Assembly (NCBI GenBank): GCA_039714075.1
Contig: JBDLKA010000033.1
Span: forward strand, 1-32,494
Direction of reading: 5' to 3'
Source: Candidatus Krumholzibacteriota bacterium
GTDB taxonomy: Bacteria; Krumholzibacteriota; Krumholzibacteriia; LZORAL124-64-63
DNA length: 32,494 nucleotides
The stretch's first letter is position 1; each line of letters begins with the position of its first letter. Positions 1 to 8,612 of this stretch are shown in pieces. Made by a program: the position numbers and the translations under genes. Below the pieces are notes generated by a model. The model saw nothing but the letters and a program-made list of their open reading frames with translations. It had not been told where the DNA came from and did no database searches.

Positions 1-95
1 GGAGGCATGTGGTCGAGATAGTTGTGACCGTGGAACCACTCTTCCACATCGACGGTGATGATGTCGCGAGGAATAACGGCAGCAGGTTGGGCCAT
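1..95 (-). CDS. Polysaccharide deacetylase family protein (DUF3473/PEP-CTERM-locus-like), 5' end only; runs off the window
   Basis: Manual translation from ATG at 95 gives MAQPAAVIPRDIITVDVEEWFHGHNYLDHMP. TVDVExWF is the motif-1 signature of this CE4 subfamily. It starts 3 bp after the methyltransferase stop. Not in the ORF track. Confidence 0.7.
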   Translation of the reverse strand, partial: MAQPAAVIPRDIITVDVEEWFHGHNYLDHMP

Positions 96-98
96 CGG

Positions 99-764
99 TC
101 ACTCCACCCGGCGCCCGGCGCGGGCCAGGCAGGCAAACTGAAGGTATTTCATGTCCGACCACCGTCCCAGGGTCATCAGGTTGACCAGGCCGAACTTGAC
201 CGAACGGGTCGGATTGATGCCTGCGGTGGCCACGGACACGTAGCCGCATTCCTCCAGCAGGCGGATCATGCTCGACCGGGTAAAGAACCGCAGGTGGGTC
301 CGGTCGAGAATACCTTCGTCAGTGTAGTCCCAGCGGCCGTGGACGGCCAGATCCACGACATTGAAAAAATACCGCACGTTGGGGATGGAGGCCACCAGAT
401 GCCCGCCCGGTTTCAGCAGGGGCCGCACCGATCGCAACAGGGCGCCGGGATCCGGGACGTGTTCGACCACGTCGTTCAGGATCAGGCAATCGAAATGGGC
501 CGCCGGCAGGTCCGGCAGGACCGCGGCCACATCACCCTGCAGAACCCGGTCCAGAACGGCGGCCGCCTGCCCGGCCGAGCCCTCGTCCTTCTCGACCCCC
601 CACACCTCGACGGGGCTGCCCGCGGCCTGGCGCACCTTCTTGAGGTTGGCGGCGAAAGCCCCCGCCCCACACCCGATTTCCAGCAGGACCGTGGCCTCGT
701 CCGGAATGAATTCCAGCATTTCGGGCCGGAGGTTCCGGTAATATGCGGCTTGCTTGGTTTCCAT
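99..764 (-). CDS. Class I SAM-dependent methyltransferase (type often found in glycan loci)
   Basis: LLEIGCGAG motif I, DVVEHVPDP, LKPGG and GILDRTHLRFFT. Start overlaps the ClC stop (TGATG). Confidence 0.85.
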   Translation of the reverse strand: METKQAAYYRNLRPEMLEFIPDEATVLLEIGCGAGAFAANLKKVRQAAGSPVEVWGVEKDEGSAGQAAAVLDRVLQGDVAAVLPDLPAAHFDCLILNDVVEHVPDPGALLRSVRPLLKPGGHLVASIPNVRYFFNVVDLAVHGRWDYTDEGILDRTHLRFFTRSSMIRLLEECGYVSVATAGINPTRSVKFGLVNLMTLGRWSDMKYLQFACLARAGRRVE

Positions 765-2872
765 CAGCCGGAAGTTCCTCCGCTTCCCGGGGCGCCGAAG
801 GCCCGGGTGTTCGTTTCGGTTAGCAACCGCTCCAGGTCGCCCGTTTCTCCGACAATGATCAACCGGTCGGTTTCGGTCAGGCCGCGGTCCGGGTCCGGCA
901 TTTCGTTGCGCATCCCTCCCAGGGCATTGCGCCGCTTGACGGCGAGAACGGAAATATTGTAACCCGACCGCAGTCCCAGGTCCCGCAAATTACGCCCCAC
1001 CCATGATTCGGGGGGCGTGAACAGCTGGACCTTGTAGGATTCAGGCAACTCCACGCAATCGTGCATCCGGGCCTCGCCGGTGATCAGGTTGATACCCATG
1101 TCCTGATGCTGCAGGACTTCCCGGTTGTAGACCTCGAAAACCCCCTGCCGGGTGATGACGCCCACCAGGACGGGGTGGTCCCGGTTGTAGAGAACCGGCA
1201 GATCACCCGAATCCTCGTGGCCGAGTTTGAGCAGACAATCCTCGAGATTGTCCCGGCGATAAACAACCGCCGGAGCCTCGTTCCGGATATCGTCCGCGAT
1301 CAGGACCTTGCTCAGGTTATCCTCGTGCAGGATGTCCTTGACGTCGTGGATGGAAATCCGCCCGGCCAGGAAGCCTCCCCCGTCGACCACGTAGTAGTGT
1401 TCATCGGAATTGGTCAGGAACAGCTTGAGGATTCCGTCAAACCCCTGGGTCACCGGTATCGTCAGCGGGTTGACCTCCATGATGTCTTCAACGTGAAAAT
1501 CCCGCAGGATCGCGCTTTCCCGGCCGAAGTTCAGTTTCCTGCCTTCGCGGGCGAACTTGAAGGTGAAGATGGAATCGGACATGAGTGAACGATAGACCAG
1601 GGCGGCGCCGATGCTCGCCAGCATCAAAGGCAGGATGACGGTGTACTGGCCGGTCATTTCGAAAAGAATCAGGATGGCTGTCAGGGGAGCACCGGTGGAC
1701 GCTCCGACCATGGAGGCCATGCCGACCATGGCGAACGTCCCGATGGCCCCGTGCGATCCGGGCACCCACATCTCCACCAGGGCGCCGAAAGCGCCGCCGA
1801 GCATTCCCCCGAGGAACAGGGCCGGCGCAAAGATGCCCCCCGAAAAGCCCGCACCCAGGGTCACGTTCACGGCCAACAGTTTCACGACCACCAGCAGAAC
1901 CATCAACCGCAGGGCCATGTGACCGTCGAGGGCCTGGACCATGGACGAATAGCCCACACCGTATACCTGAGGGAAAAAGAGGAACAGCCCCCCCAGAACA
2001 AGGCCCCCACAGGCGGGTTTTATCCAACCGGGCAGCGGCAGCCTTTCGAAGGCGTCCTCGGACATGTACAGGGTCCGCACGTAGACAACCGCGGTCAGCC
2101 CCACGATGAGGCCCAGCAACAGGTACAGGGGCAGTTCGTGGTAGCCGCTGATGGAAAAGTCGGGAACGGGGAAAGCCGGGGTGGCACCCAGGAATTCCCG
2201 GCTGACGGCGGTCGCCACGACGCTGGCCACGATGATCGGACTGAAGGTGACGACGGCAAAATCCCGCATCAGGATTTCCAGGGCGAAAAAGGCCCCGGCG
2301 ATGGGTGCGTTGAAGGTTGCGGCGATTCCCGCGGCCGCACCGCATCCGATCAGTGTGCGCAGGCGCTGGGGGGACAACCGGAGCCACTGGCCCACGGTGC
2401 TGCCCATGGCCGCCCCTATCTGAACGATGGGACCTTCCCTGCCCACCGAACCTCCGAAAGCGATCGTCAGGGCACTGGCCACCATCTTGACGACCACGAC
2501 GATGGGACGGATCACGCCCTTTTTGAAGACCAGGGCGCCCAATACTTCGGGCACTCCGTGTCCCTTGGCCTCGCGGGCGGCGAAATGGATCAGCAGGCCC
2601 ACGACCAGCCCGCCGGCCACCGGGAGGACCAGGGTCTGCCACCAAGGCGTAGTTGCCAACAGCGAGACCGTGTCCTCTCCCGGCCCGATCGTCAGGCCCT
2701 GGAAAAGGTCCACCAGCCAGCGGAACAGGATGGCCCCGAAACCGCCCAACAGGCCCACGACCACCGCCAGGACCACCATGACGGCGGTTTCATCAGGCGT
2801 GAATCGTTCCATCAGTTTGAAAAATGCTCGCCGCGGACGGTTGACGCCTCCCGCGGAGGGGATGGAATCCAT
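764..2872 (-). CDS. ClC-family chloride channel/transporter with tandem CBS domains and a C-terminal TrkA_C (RCK_C) domain
   Basis: GHGVP, GREGP, FNAPIAG and GIFAP motifs with many TM helices. CBS pair after residue ~460, then a TrkA_C-like tail (WVGRNLRDLGLR...VLAVKR...PDPD...DRLIIVG). Start placed at ATG 2872 behind a GGAG RBS. Confidence 0.9.
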   Translation of the reverse strand: MDSIPSAGGVNRPRRAFFKLMERFTPDETAVMVVLAVVVGLLGGFGAILFRWLVDLFQGLTIGPGEDTVSLLATTPWWQTLVLPVAGGLVVGLLIHFAAREAKGHGVPEVLGALVFKKGVIRPIVVVVKMVASALTIAFGGSVGREGPIVQIGAAMGSTVGQWLRLSPQRLRTLIGCGAAAGIAATFNAPIAGAFFALEILMRDFAVVTFSPIIVASVVATAVSREFLGATPAFPVPDFSISGYHELPLYLLLGLIVGLTAVVYVRTLYMSEDAFERLPLPGWIKPACGGLVLGGLFLFFPQVYGVGYSSMVQALDGHMALRLMVLLVVVKLLAVNVTLGAGFSGGIFAPALFLGGMLGGAFGALVEMWVPGSHGAIGTFAMVGMASMVGASTGAPLTAILILFEMTGQYTVILPLMLASIGAALVYRSLMSDSIFTFKFAREGRKLNFGRESAILRDFHVEDIMEVNPLTIPVTQGFDGILKLFLTNSDEHYYVVDGGGFLAGRISIHDVKDILHEDNLSKVLIADDIRNEAPAVVYRRDNLEDCLLKLGHEDSGDLPVLYNRDHPVLVGVITRQGVFEVYNREVLQHQDMGINLITGEARMHDCVELPESYKVQLFTPPESWVGRNLRDLGLRSGYNISVLAVKRRNALGGMRNEMPDPDRGLTETDRLIIVGETGDLERLLTETNTRAFGAPGSGGTSG

Positions 2873-3096
2873 GTCTTGTCTCCGTAATAAGTGAATCAAC
2901 AACCGGCCGCTGCCAGACCAGGCGACTCAATACTGGGCAACCCGGTCCGGGGCGTCAACCGGCCGTTCCCCGCCCCCATATTTTAGGCGGGACGATTCCG
3001 CATGTCCGCTGTATCATCGGGCACTTTCAGGGGCGGCCCGTGGACGAAATCCCAGGCGCCCCGCCCATGGAATCCCGTGTCCCGGAAAGAGGCGAA

Positions 3097-5805
3097 ATGT
3101 CCGATCTTTTTGCATCCGACGGCCGCCTGGCCGCCAGTGAACTCGCGCACGGCCTGCACACCGCCCGCTTCCCGAACGGTCTGAAGGTGATCATCAAGGA
3201 GGATCACCGCACCCCCGTGGCCATATGCAACGTGTGGGTCCGGGTGGGTTCCAACCGGGAGCCCAACGCCCTGCGGGGTTGGTCCCACGGCATCGAGCAC
3301 ATGCTCTTCAAAGGCACCGCACGCCGCGACGAAGGCGATTTCGCCAACGAGGTGGCCGAGGCCGGCGGCGCCACCAATGCCGGAACCGGCTACGAGACCA
3401 CCAACTACCACATCACCACTCCCGCGAACGCGCTGCCGGCGGCCGTCGACATCCTGGCCGACGCCCTTTTCCACTCAACCTTCATCCCCGAATCCCTGGA
3501 CGCCGAACGTGAGGTCCTGGTGCATGAGAACCACATGTACGACGACATCCCGTTCGGCTTCGGGGTCACCTGGCGCTGGGGAATGGAACTGGCGTTCGAC
3601 CGCAGCCCCTACCACCATCCCATCGGGGGCCGGGACGACAACCTGCGGGACCGGGACCGGGATGACATCATGGCCTTCTGGCGCTCGGCCTACCGGCCCG
3701 ACAACATGACCGTCGTCGTGGTCGGCGACGTGGATCCCGACGAAACCTTCGCCCTGCTGGAAACCCGCTTCGCCGACCCGGGAGTGGACTTCCCCGGGAC
3801 CGTGGACCCCGGTGTCGGAATCGTGGCCGAACCAACCGTGGAACCGACCCAGACGGAGCTTCGCCTGCGGGTGGAACGCGGGGACATCAACAAGGTCTAC
3901 GCCAAACTCCTTTTTCCGGGACCCGGAGAAAGCGACGGCCGGAAACACGTGCTGAGCGTCGTGCGCCGGGTCCTTTCCGACGGCCGCAGCTGCCGGCTGT
4001 ACCGGGAACTCCACGAGGAAAAAAAACTGGTCGACAATTTCACCGTGATGACCGAGACCGGACCCCGGGAAGGCGTGGTCATGGTGGACATCGAAACAGA
4101 TGCGGAAAGGCTCCCCGGCGCCCTTGCGGAAATCGCCCGGATCCTGGAGGACCTGACGGTGAATTCCTGCACGGACCAGGAACTGGAACGGGCCCGGACC
4201 CGGGTGGCCCGGTCCTTTCTGTTCGGCGCCGAAACCGTCCAGGGCCAGGCTTCGAACCTGGGGCATCATGAAGTCATGGACGACTTCGAAGGGGCCTTCC
4301 ACTTTCCGGACCGGGTCGCCCGGGTCACGCGGGGAGATGTTTCCGGGCTGTGTCGCGACCTGTTCCGCCTGGGGAATCTCAATTGCGTGATTTATCTGCC
4401 CGATGACACCGACACCGCCGCCCATTCAATCCCCACCGAGGCCGGTGCCCTGAAATCCCTGCTCGAACCGGTGCTGAACGACGGTTCCGTCGCCGAGCTG
4501 GAATTCGGGACCGGCAAGCCGGCCGCCGCCGAGCTTCCCGTCCCCGCCGTTCCCCCCTTCACGGGGCAGGCCGCCGAACCTTTCCGGACCGAATACCTGA
4601 CCTGCGGAGTGGAAGTCGATTTCCGCGTCGACCCCGCCGTCCCCATCCTTTCGGTGGCCCTGACCCTCAAGGGCGGCGCCACCGGCGAGACAGCCGCCGA
4701 CGCGGGCCTGGCCACCCTGACCCAGATGGTGCAGATCAAGGGCACCGGCCAGCTGGATTCCGAATCGCTGCACGAACTTCTGGAAGGGGAAGGCGCCGCC
4801 CTGTCGCCCCTGACCGATCGCGACTACGGGGGGTTGACCCTCAGCGGCCTGGCCGACCGCATGGACCAGGCCCTGGAGCTGACGGCGCAGCTCATCCACG
4901 AACCTTCCTTCCTCGAATCGGAAATCGAGCAGGAACGCCGGCTGGCCCTGGAACAGCTCGCGGCCATTGCCGATTCACCTTTCCAGGCGGCCGCCGTCAG
5001 GTTGCGGGAGTCGGTCTATGGGGACCATCCCTACGGGCGCCCCCTCCCCGGTACCGTCGAAAGCCTGCCCAACCTCGGGCGGGAAGAACTGCTGGCGCAG
5101 CACCGCCGCATCTGGACCAGGGAGAATCTCCGGATCGTGGTCTCGGGAGCCCTGGATCCCGAGCGTCTTCTGGGCAGGCTCGACGATCTGCTGGCCGATC
5201 TGCCCGCCGGCACCTCCGTTCCGGACCCCGACCCCGGACCGGCCCTCCTGCCGCAGGGGATCGAAGCGGCGAGAATAGAAAAAAAGCAGAATCAAAGCGT
5301 GGTTCTGGTGGCCTGGCCCGGGCCCCATTCACCGGCCGAAAACCGGGTTCCCCTGATGATGCTGAAAGAGGTCCTCAACGGCCAGAGCGGACGCCTTTTC
5401 GAGAGCCTGCGCAACCAGCGTTCCCTGTGCTACAACACCGGCACCCTGAACACCGCGGGTTTCGGACAGGGCATGTTCATGGGTTACGTCCTGACCGCCC
5501 CGGACACGGAAACCGCCGCGCGCGACGCCCTGGTGGACGAGCTCCGGGAAATGACCGCTTCGCTGGTGCCGACGGTGGAATTCGAACGCGCCCGCGCCAA
5601 GCTGCTGGGCAATCTCCTGATCAGCGCCCAGTCCAATGGAGCCCGGGTCGGCCGGACCCTGCGTGACCGCCTCTATGGCCGCAGCCCCAACGACCTCGAC
5701 CTGCTGATCCAGGCCATAGCCGCCTGCACCGCGGACGAGGTCCGGGAAGTCGCCGGCACCATGATCGATCCTGCCGACAGGTTCGAAGTGACGCTCGGCC
5801 CATGA
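3097..5805 (+). CDS. M16 family (pitrilysin/PqqL-like) zinc peptidase, fused two-half form
   Basis: HGIEH inverted zincin motif, NAGT, and a downstream Glu (ERxVLVHE). The second half lacks HxxEH but keeps the R/Y pair (RNQRSLCY). Start at ATG 3097 behind GAAAGAGG. Confidence 0.9.
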   Translation: MSDLFASDGRLAASELAHGLHTARFPNGLKVIIKEDHRTPVAICNVWVRVGSNREPNALRGWSHGIEHMLFKGTARRDEGDFANEVAEAGGATNAGTGYETTNYHITTPANALPAAVDILADALFHSTFIPESLDAEREVLVHENHMYDDIPFGFGVTWRWGMELAFDRSPYHHPIGGRDDNLRDRDRDDIMAFWRSAYRPDNMTVVVVGDVDPDETFALLETRFADPGVDFPGTVDPGVGIVAEPTVEPTQTELRLRVERGDINKVYAKLLFPGPGESDGRKHVLSVVRRVLSDGRSCRLYRELHEEKKLVDNFTVMTETGPREGVVMVDIETDAERLPGALAEIARILEDLTVNSCTDQELERARTRVARSFLFGAETVQGQASNLGHHEVMDDFEGAFHFPDRVARVTRGDVSGLCRDLFRLGNLNCVIYLPDDTDTAAHSIPTEAGALKSLLEPVLNDGSVAELEFGTGKPAAAELPVPAVPPFTGQAAEPFRTEYLTCGVEVDFRVDPAVPILSVALTLKGGATGETAADAGLATLTQMVQIKGTGQLDSESLHELLEGEGAALSPLTDRDYGGLTLSGLADRMDQALELTAQLIHEPSFLESEIEQERRLALEQLAAIADSPFQAAAVRLRESVYGDHPYGRPLPGTVESLPNLGREELLAQHRRIWTRENLRIVVSGALDPERLLGRLDDLLADLPAGTSVPDPDPGPALLPQGIEAARIEKKQNQSVVLVAWPGPHSPAENRVPLMMLKEVLNGQSGRLFESLRNQRSLCYNTGTLNTAGFGQGMFMGYVLTAPDTETAARDALVDELREMTASLVPTVEFERARAKLLGNLLISAQSNGARVGRTLRDRLYGRSPNDLDLLIQAIAACTADEVREVAGTMIDPADRFEVTLGP

Positions 5806-5835
5806 TCAGGAGTCATCGGCCCGGTGACCGGAAAT

Positions 5836-5876
5836 GAAAACCGGCCTCCCCTGTGCGGGGGAGGCCGGTCGTTTTT
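5836..5876. terminator. Bidirectional intrinsic terminator between the convergent M16 peptidase and cupin genes
   Basis: GAAA-ACCGGCCTCCCC-tgtgcg-GGGGAGGCCGGT-cgTTTTT: a 12-bp GC stem with A/T runs on both sides. Confidence 0.8.
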
Positions 5877-5893
5877 CAAGCGGGACAAAAGGA

Positions 5894-6253
5894 TCAGCTG
5901 CCGGCCTTGTACCGGTCCGGCGCGTCCGACATGTCCACCAGCACGGTCCGTTTACTGAAATTGGCCCGATGATGGGCTCCCTCCGGGACGAAATACTGAT
6001 CGCCCGCCTGGTAGAGATTGGTTTCTCCCTCGATTTCCAGGGTCATTTCACCGGAAATCAGAACTCCCCGTTGTTCACAGTGGGCGTGATCGGGAAAGCT
6101 GACGCCTTCCTCGAAAATAAAGAAGGTGACCTGCTTTTCATCGTCGCTCAGGCAATAACCGGTGACGCCGGCGACAGGAATTTCGACTTTGGGCAGGGAA
6201 AGGATCTCGAGCGGAAGGGATTCGTGGGTTGTCCGGGAACTGGCTGCTTCCAT
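5894..6253 (-). CDS. Cupin domain protein
   Basis: PDHAHCEQxGxLISGEM motif 1 and GDQYFVPEGAHH motif 2. AAGGAGG RBS upstream. Confidence 0.85.
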   Translation of the reverse strand: MEAASSRTTHESLPLEILSLPKVEIPVAGVTGYCLSDDEKQVTFFIFEEGVSFPDHAHCEQRGVLISGEMTLEIEGETNLYQAGDQYFVPEGAHHRANFSKRTVLVDMSDAPDRYKAGS

Positions 6254-6328
6254 ATGTGGCGCCCTCCTTGATTTGTTTGCTCGCGCACCTCGGTTCCGGG
6301 TCGATCCCGCCGAAACCTGGATATTGAC

Positions 6329-6356
6329 ATCTTAACACATCGGACCTGTTTGGCAA
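6329..6356 (-). promoter_or_regulatory. Putative sigma70 promoter of the cupin gene
   Basis: Minus strand TTGCCA-16 nt-TAAGAT with an extended -10 TG. Confidence 0.4.
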
Positions 6357-6389
6357 GACAAGCACCGCGGGCGTCCGGGGCCCGGTTTT

Positions 6390-6884
6390 CTAACGAGGCG
6401 CGTAATCCGCTCCCCGCATCGGCAGGACCGGTTCACCGGCCACAACCTCCCATTCCACCACCCGGCCCACGAAGCAGTCGTGGTCTCCGGTGGCAAAACG
6501 GTTTTCCACCCGGCAAAGGAAGCGCACACTGCAATGCTCCAGGGCCGGCACCCCCTCACCTAGCAGGACGTGTGCCGTCCGGGCCCATTTGTCCACATCC
6601 CGCCGCGAATTCAACCCGAACAGGCGCGCCTGCGAGACCTGGTCCCCGGCCAGGATCGAGACCGTGAATTCCCCCCGGTCGGCGAGAAGTTCCCAGGTGA
6701 ATCTTTCGTGACCCACCGCCACCAGCAACAGCGGCGGTTCCAGGGAGACCCGCGTCACCCAGGCGGCGGTCAGGCCCCCGAGAACGCCATCCTTGGCGGC
6801 CCCGATGACGGCCACCGGAGCGGTCAGCAATCTCAAGGCGTCATTCAGTTGTTCGGAAGCGGAGGCGGGGGTCGGATCGGTCAT
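6390..6884 (-). CDS. Flavin reductase family protein
   Basis: VSLEPPLLLVAV, FTVSIL, FGLNS and GDHDCFVGRV motifs. Confidence 0.85.
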   Translation of the reverse strand: MTDPTPASASEQLNDALRLLTAPVAVIGAAKDGVLGGLTAAWVTRVSLEPPLLLVAVGHERFTWELLADRGEFTVSILAGDQVSQARLFGLNSRRDVDKWARTAHVLLGEGVPALEHCSVRFLCRVENRFATGDHDCFVGRVVEWEVVAGEPVLPMRGADYAPR

Positions 6885-6919
6885 CCCGGATGACTCTCCT
6901 GGTCGAAAAGCGTAGCGGT

Positions 6920-7807
6920 TCAGCCGGCCAGGGAGAACTCGGCCAGCACCGGATAATGGTCCGAAGGCAGCGCGTTTTCCCGGTGTTCCATGCTCGCAAA
7001 ATCGATCCTGCTCACCGAGCGGACGGACAACCGGGGCCGGAAAAATACATAATCGATGCGGCGGGGACCGAGCAGCCGGTGGCCGACCTTGTCCCGCAGG
7101 CCGAGCCCGCGGAAGGTGGCGCCGTCATCGCAGTTCCCGTCGCAGCCTTCGGCCCAGGCATCGTACATCGGTTCCAGATTACCGAATTCATCGCCCATCG
7201 CCTTGATCTCGGGGGATTTGGCGCAGGCGTTGAAATCACCCGTCAGGAAGACGGGAATATCCGGGCCCAGCATGGAGACCTTGCTGCTGATGTATTCCCG
7301 CAGCTGCCGGGCGCTCTTCTTGCGGTGCCAGCTGTTGATCGCCTCGAGGTGGGTTGTCCCGAACACGAACTGGCGTCCGCTGCCGATCAGCTCGAAGGTG
7401 TTCCAGGTCACCAGCCGCGGCCTCGTGCCCAGGGGATACTGGGAAGCGGGCACCTCGGGAGTGGGCGAAAGCCAGTGCGTGTCCCCGGTGCCGGCATGGT
7501 CGACGGGCCGGACCCGGTCACGCCGATAGAAGGTGGCGCAGTACCAGTTGCTGTCGCTGTGCGCCTTGTTCCGGCCCAGATTGCCCTCGCCGATGAATTC
7601 GTAATCCGGCAGAAGTTCGGCCAGTTCCCGCAGCTGCTTGAAATTGGCTTCCTGGGTGCCGACCACATCGGGCCGCAACTCGGAAAAGATCCGCGCGATG
7701 TTACGCTTGCGCAGACGCCAGGGATGGCTCCGCCGCTTCTTGGTGGAGGTCAAAAGATTGAAGGTCATGACCCGGAGATTTTTTTCTGACACTTTGTGAA
7801 ACTCCAA
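6920..7807 (-). CDS. Endonuclease/exonuclease/phosphatase (EEP) family hydrolase
   Basis: MTFNL, PDVVGTQE, TTHLE, LTGDFNA, RIDYVF and SDHYPV motifs. Start uncertain (TTG 7807 or ATG ~7768). Confidence 0.85.
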   Translation of the reverse strand: MEFHKVSEKNLRVMTFNLLTSTKKRRSHPWRLRKRNIARIFSELRPDVVGTQEANFKQLRELAELLPDYEFIGEGNLGRNKAHSDSNWYCATFYRRDRVRPVDHAGTGDTHWLSPTPEVPASQYPLGTRPRLVTWNTFELIGSGRQFVFGTTHLEAINSWHRKKSARQLREYISSKVSMLGPDIPVFLTGDFNACAKSPEIKAMGDEFGNLEPMYDAWAEGCDGNCDDGATFRGLGLRDKVGHRLLGPRRIDYVFFRPRLSVRSVSRIDFASMEHRENALPSDHYPVLAEFSLAG

Positions 7808-7859
7808 ATCCTAAAGTTGTCTTCCCAACGCAGCCCGGCGAAAAATGTTCCTGAATATC

Positions 7860-7886
7860 CTATCGACCGACTGGGCCTGCTCATTA
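7860..7886 (-). promoter_or_regulatory. Sigma28 (FliA/SigD/WhiG)-like promoter upstream of the EEP gene
   Basis: Minus strand TAAT-N15-GTCGATAG against the consensus TAAA-N15-GCCGATAA. Confidence 0.4.
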
Positions 7887-7903
7887 GCCTGGGGCCGGCG
7901 ACC

Positions 7904-8458
7904 TCAGTCGAAAAGGTCCATCTGGGGCGGTTCACCCGGCAAATCAAGGGATTCCAGGACCATCCGGGTCCACCCCTCGCGGGAATCACCCGGCAGTTCC
8001 AGGCGCCGCAGGTCGAATTCGTCCAGCAGTTCGTCGATCAGCCGATCGATATCGGCCTGGAAATCCACCGACGTGTCGCGCGTGCCGTCGAAAGCCGGCG
8101 GCGCGATGACCGGGACCTTCACCAGCTGGCTGTAGGTGCCCATCCAGTGGCGGATGAAGGGTTCGATTTCGGGTCGGCGGCCCGCCGCATGCACCATGTA
8201 GGCGTAATTGTCGATGACCGCCCGATCACAAACCGTCACCTGGAAAGCGCTGGTCAATTCGATCTCACGGGCCACCTGGGTGTGCAGAATCCAATTCTGC
8301 GCGTCATCGGTGGTTTCCCGGTTGATGGGCAAGGGGCAACCGCGAGCCACCTCCTTGACCAGATCCACGCTCAGATCCAATCGTTTCAAGGCAGCCGCGA
8401 GATCGAAACAAAGGGTCGTCTTGCCGACACCGTGGGTGCCTATGAACGCAATCTTCAT
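7904..8458 (-). CDS. AAA_28 / NadR-like P-loop nucleotide kinase-type protein
   Basis: MKIAFIGTHGVGKTTL Walker A, EVAR, and CDRAVIDNYAY. Start at ATG 8458. Confidence 0.8.
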   Translation of the reverse strand: MKIAFIGTHGVGKTTLCFDLAAALKRLDLSVDLVKEVARGCPLPINRETTDDAQNWILHTQVAREIELTSAFQVTVCDRAVIDNYAYMVHAAGRRPEIEPFIRHWMGTYSQLVKVPVIAPPAFDGTRDTSVDFQADIDRLIDELLDEFDLRRLELPGDSREGWTRMVLESLDLPGEPPQMDLFD

Positions 8459-8535
8459 ACGGCAAAAATAGGTTTTGGAACGAAAAAAGTCCAATGCGCC
8501 CTGGTTGAACCGGTTATTTAAAAATCAGGCAAGTG

Positions 8536-8564
8536 TTGATTCGATGCCACCTTCGGGGTATCCT
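8536..8564 (+). promoter_or_regulatory. Putative sigma70 promoter of the Na/Pi cotransporter gene
   Basis: TTGATT-17 nt-TATCCT, about 50 bp upstream of the proposed TTG start. Confidence 0.45.
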
Positions 8565-8612
8565 GATGGGCTAAATCAGTTGAAAACCCATCACATCAAG
8601 AGGCGATACGGT

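Noticed and set aside
2873..3096. Fluoride riboswitch / ClC-F exporter
   Set aside because: No crcB-motif consensus is visible on the minus strand, and the protein lacks the ClC-F GNNLI-type signature.
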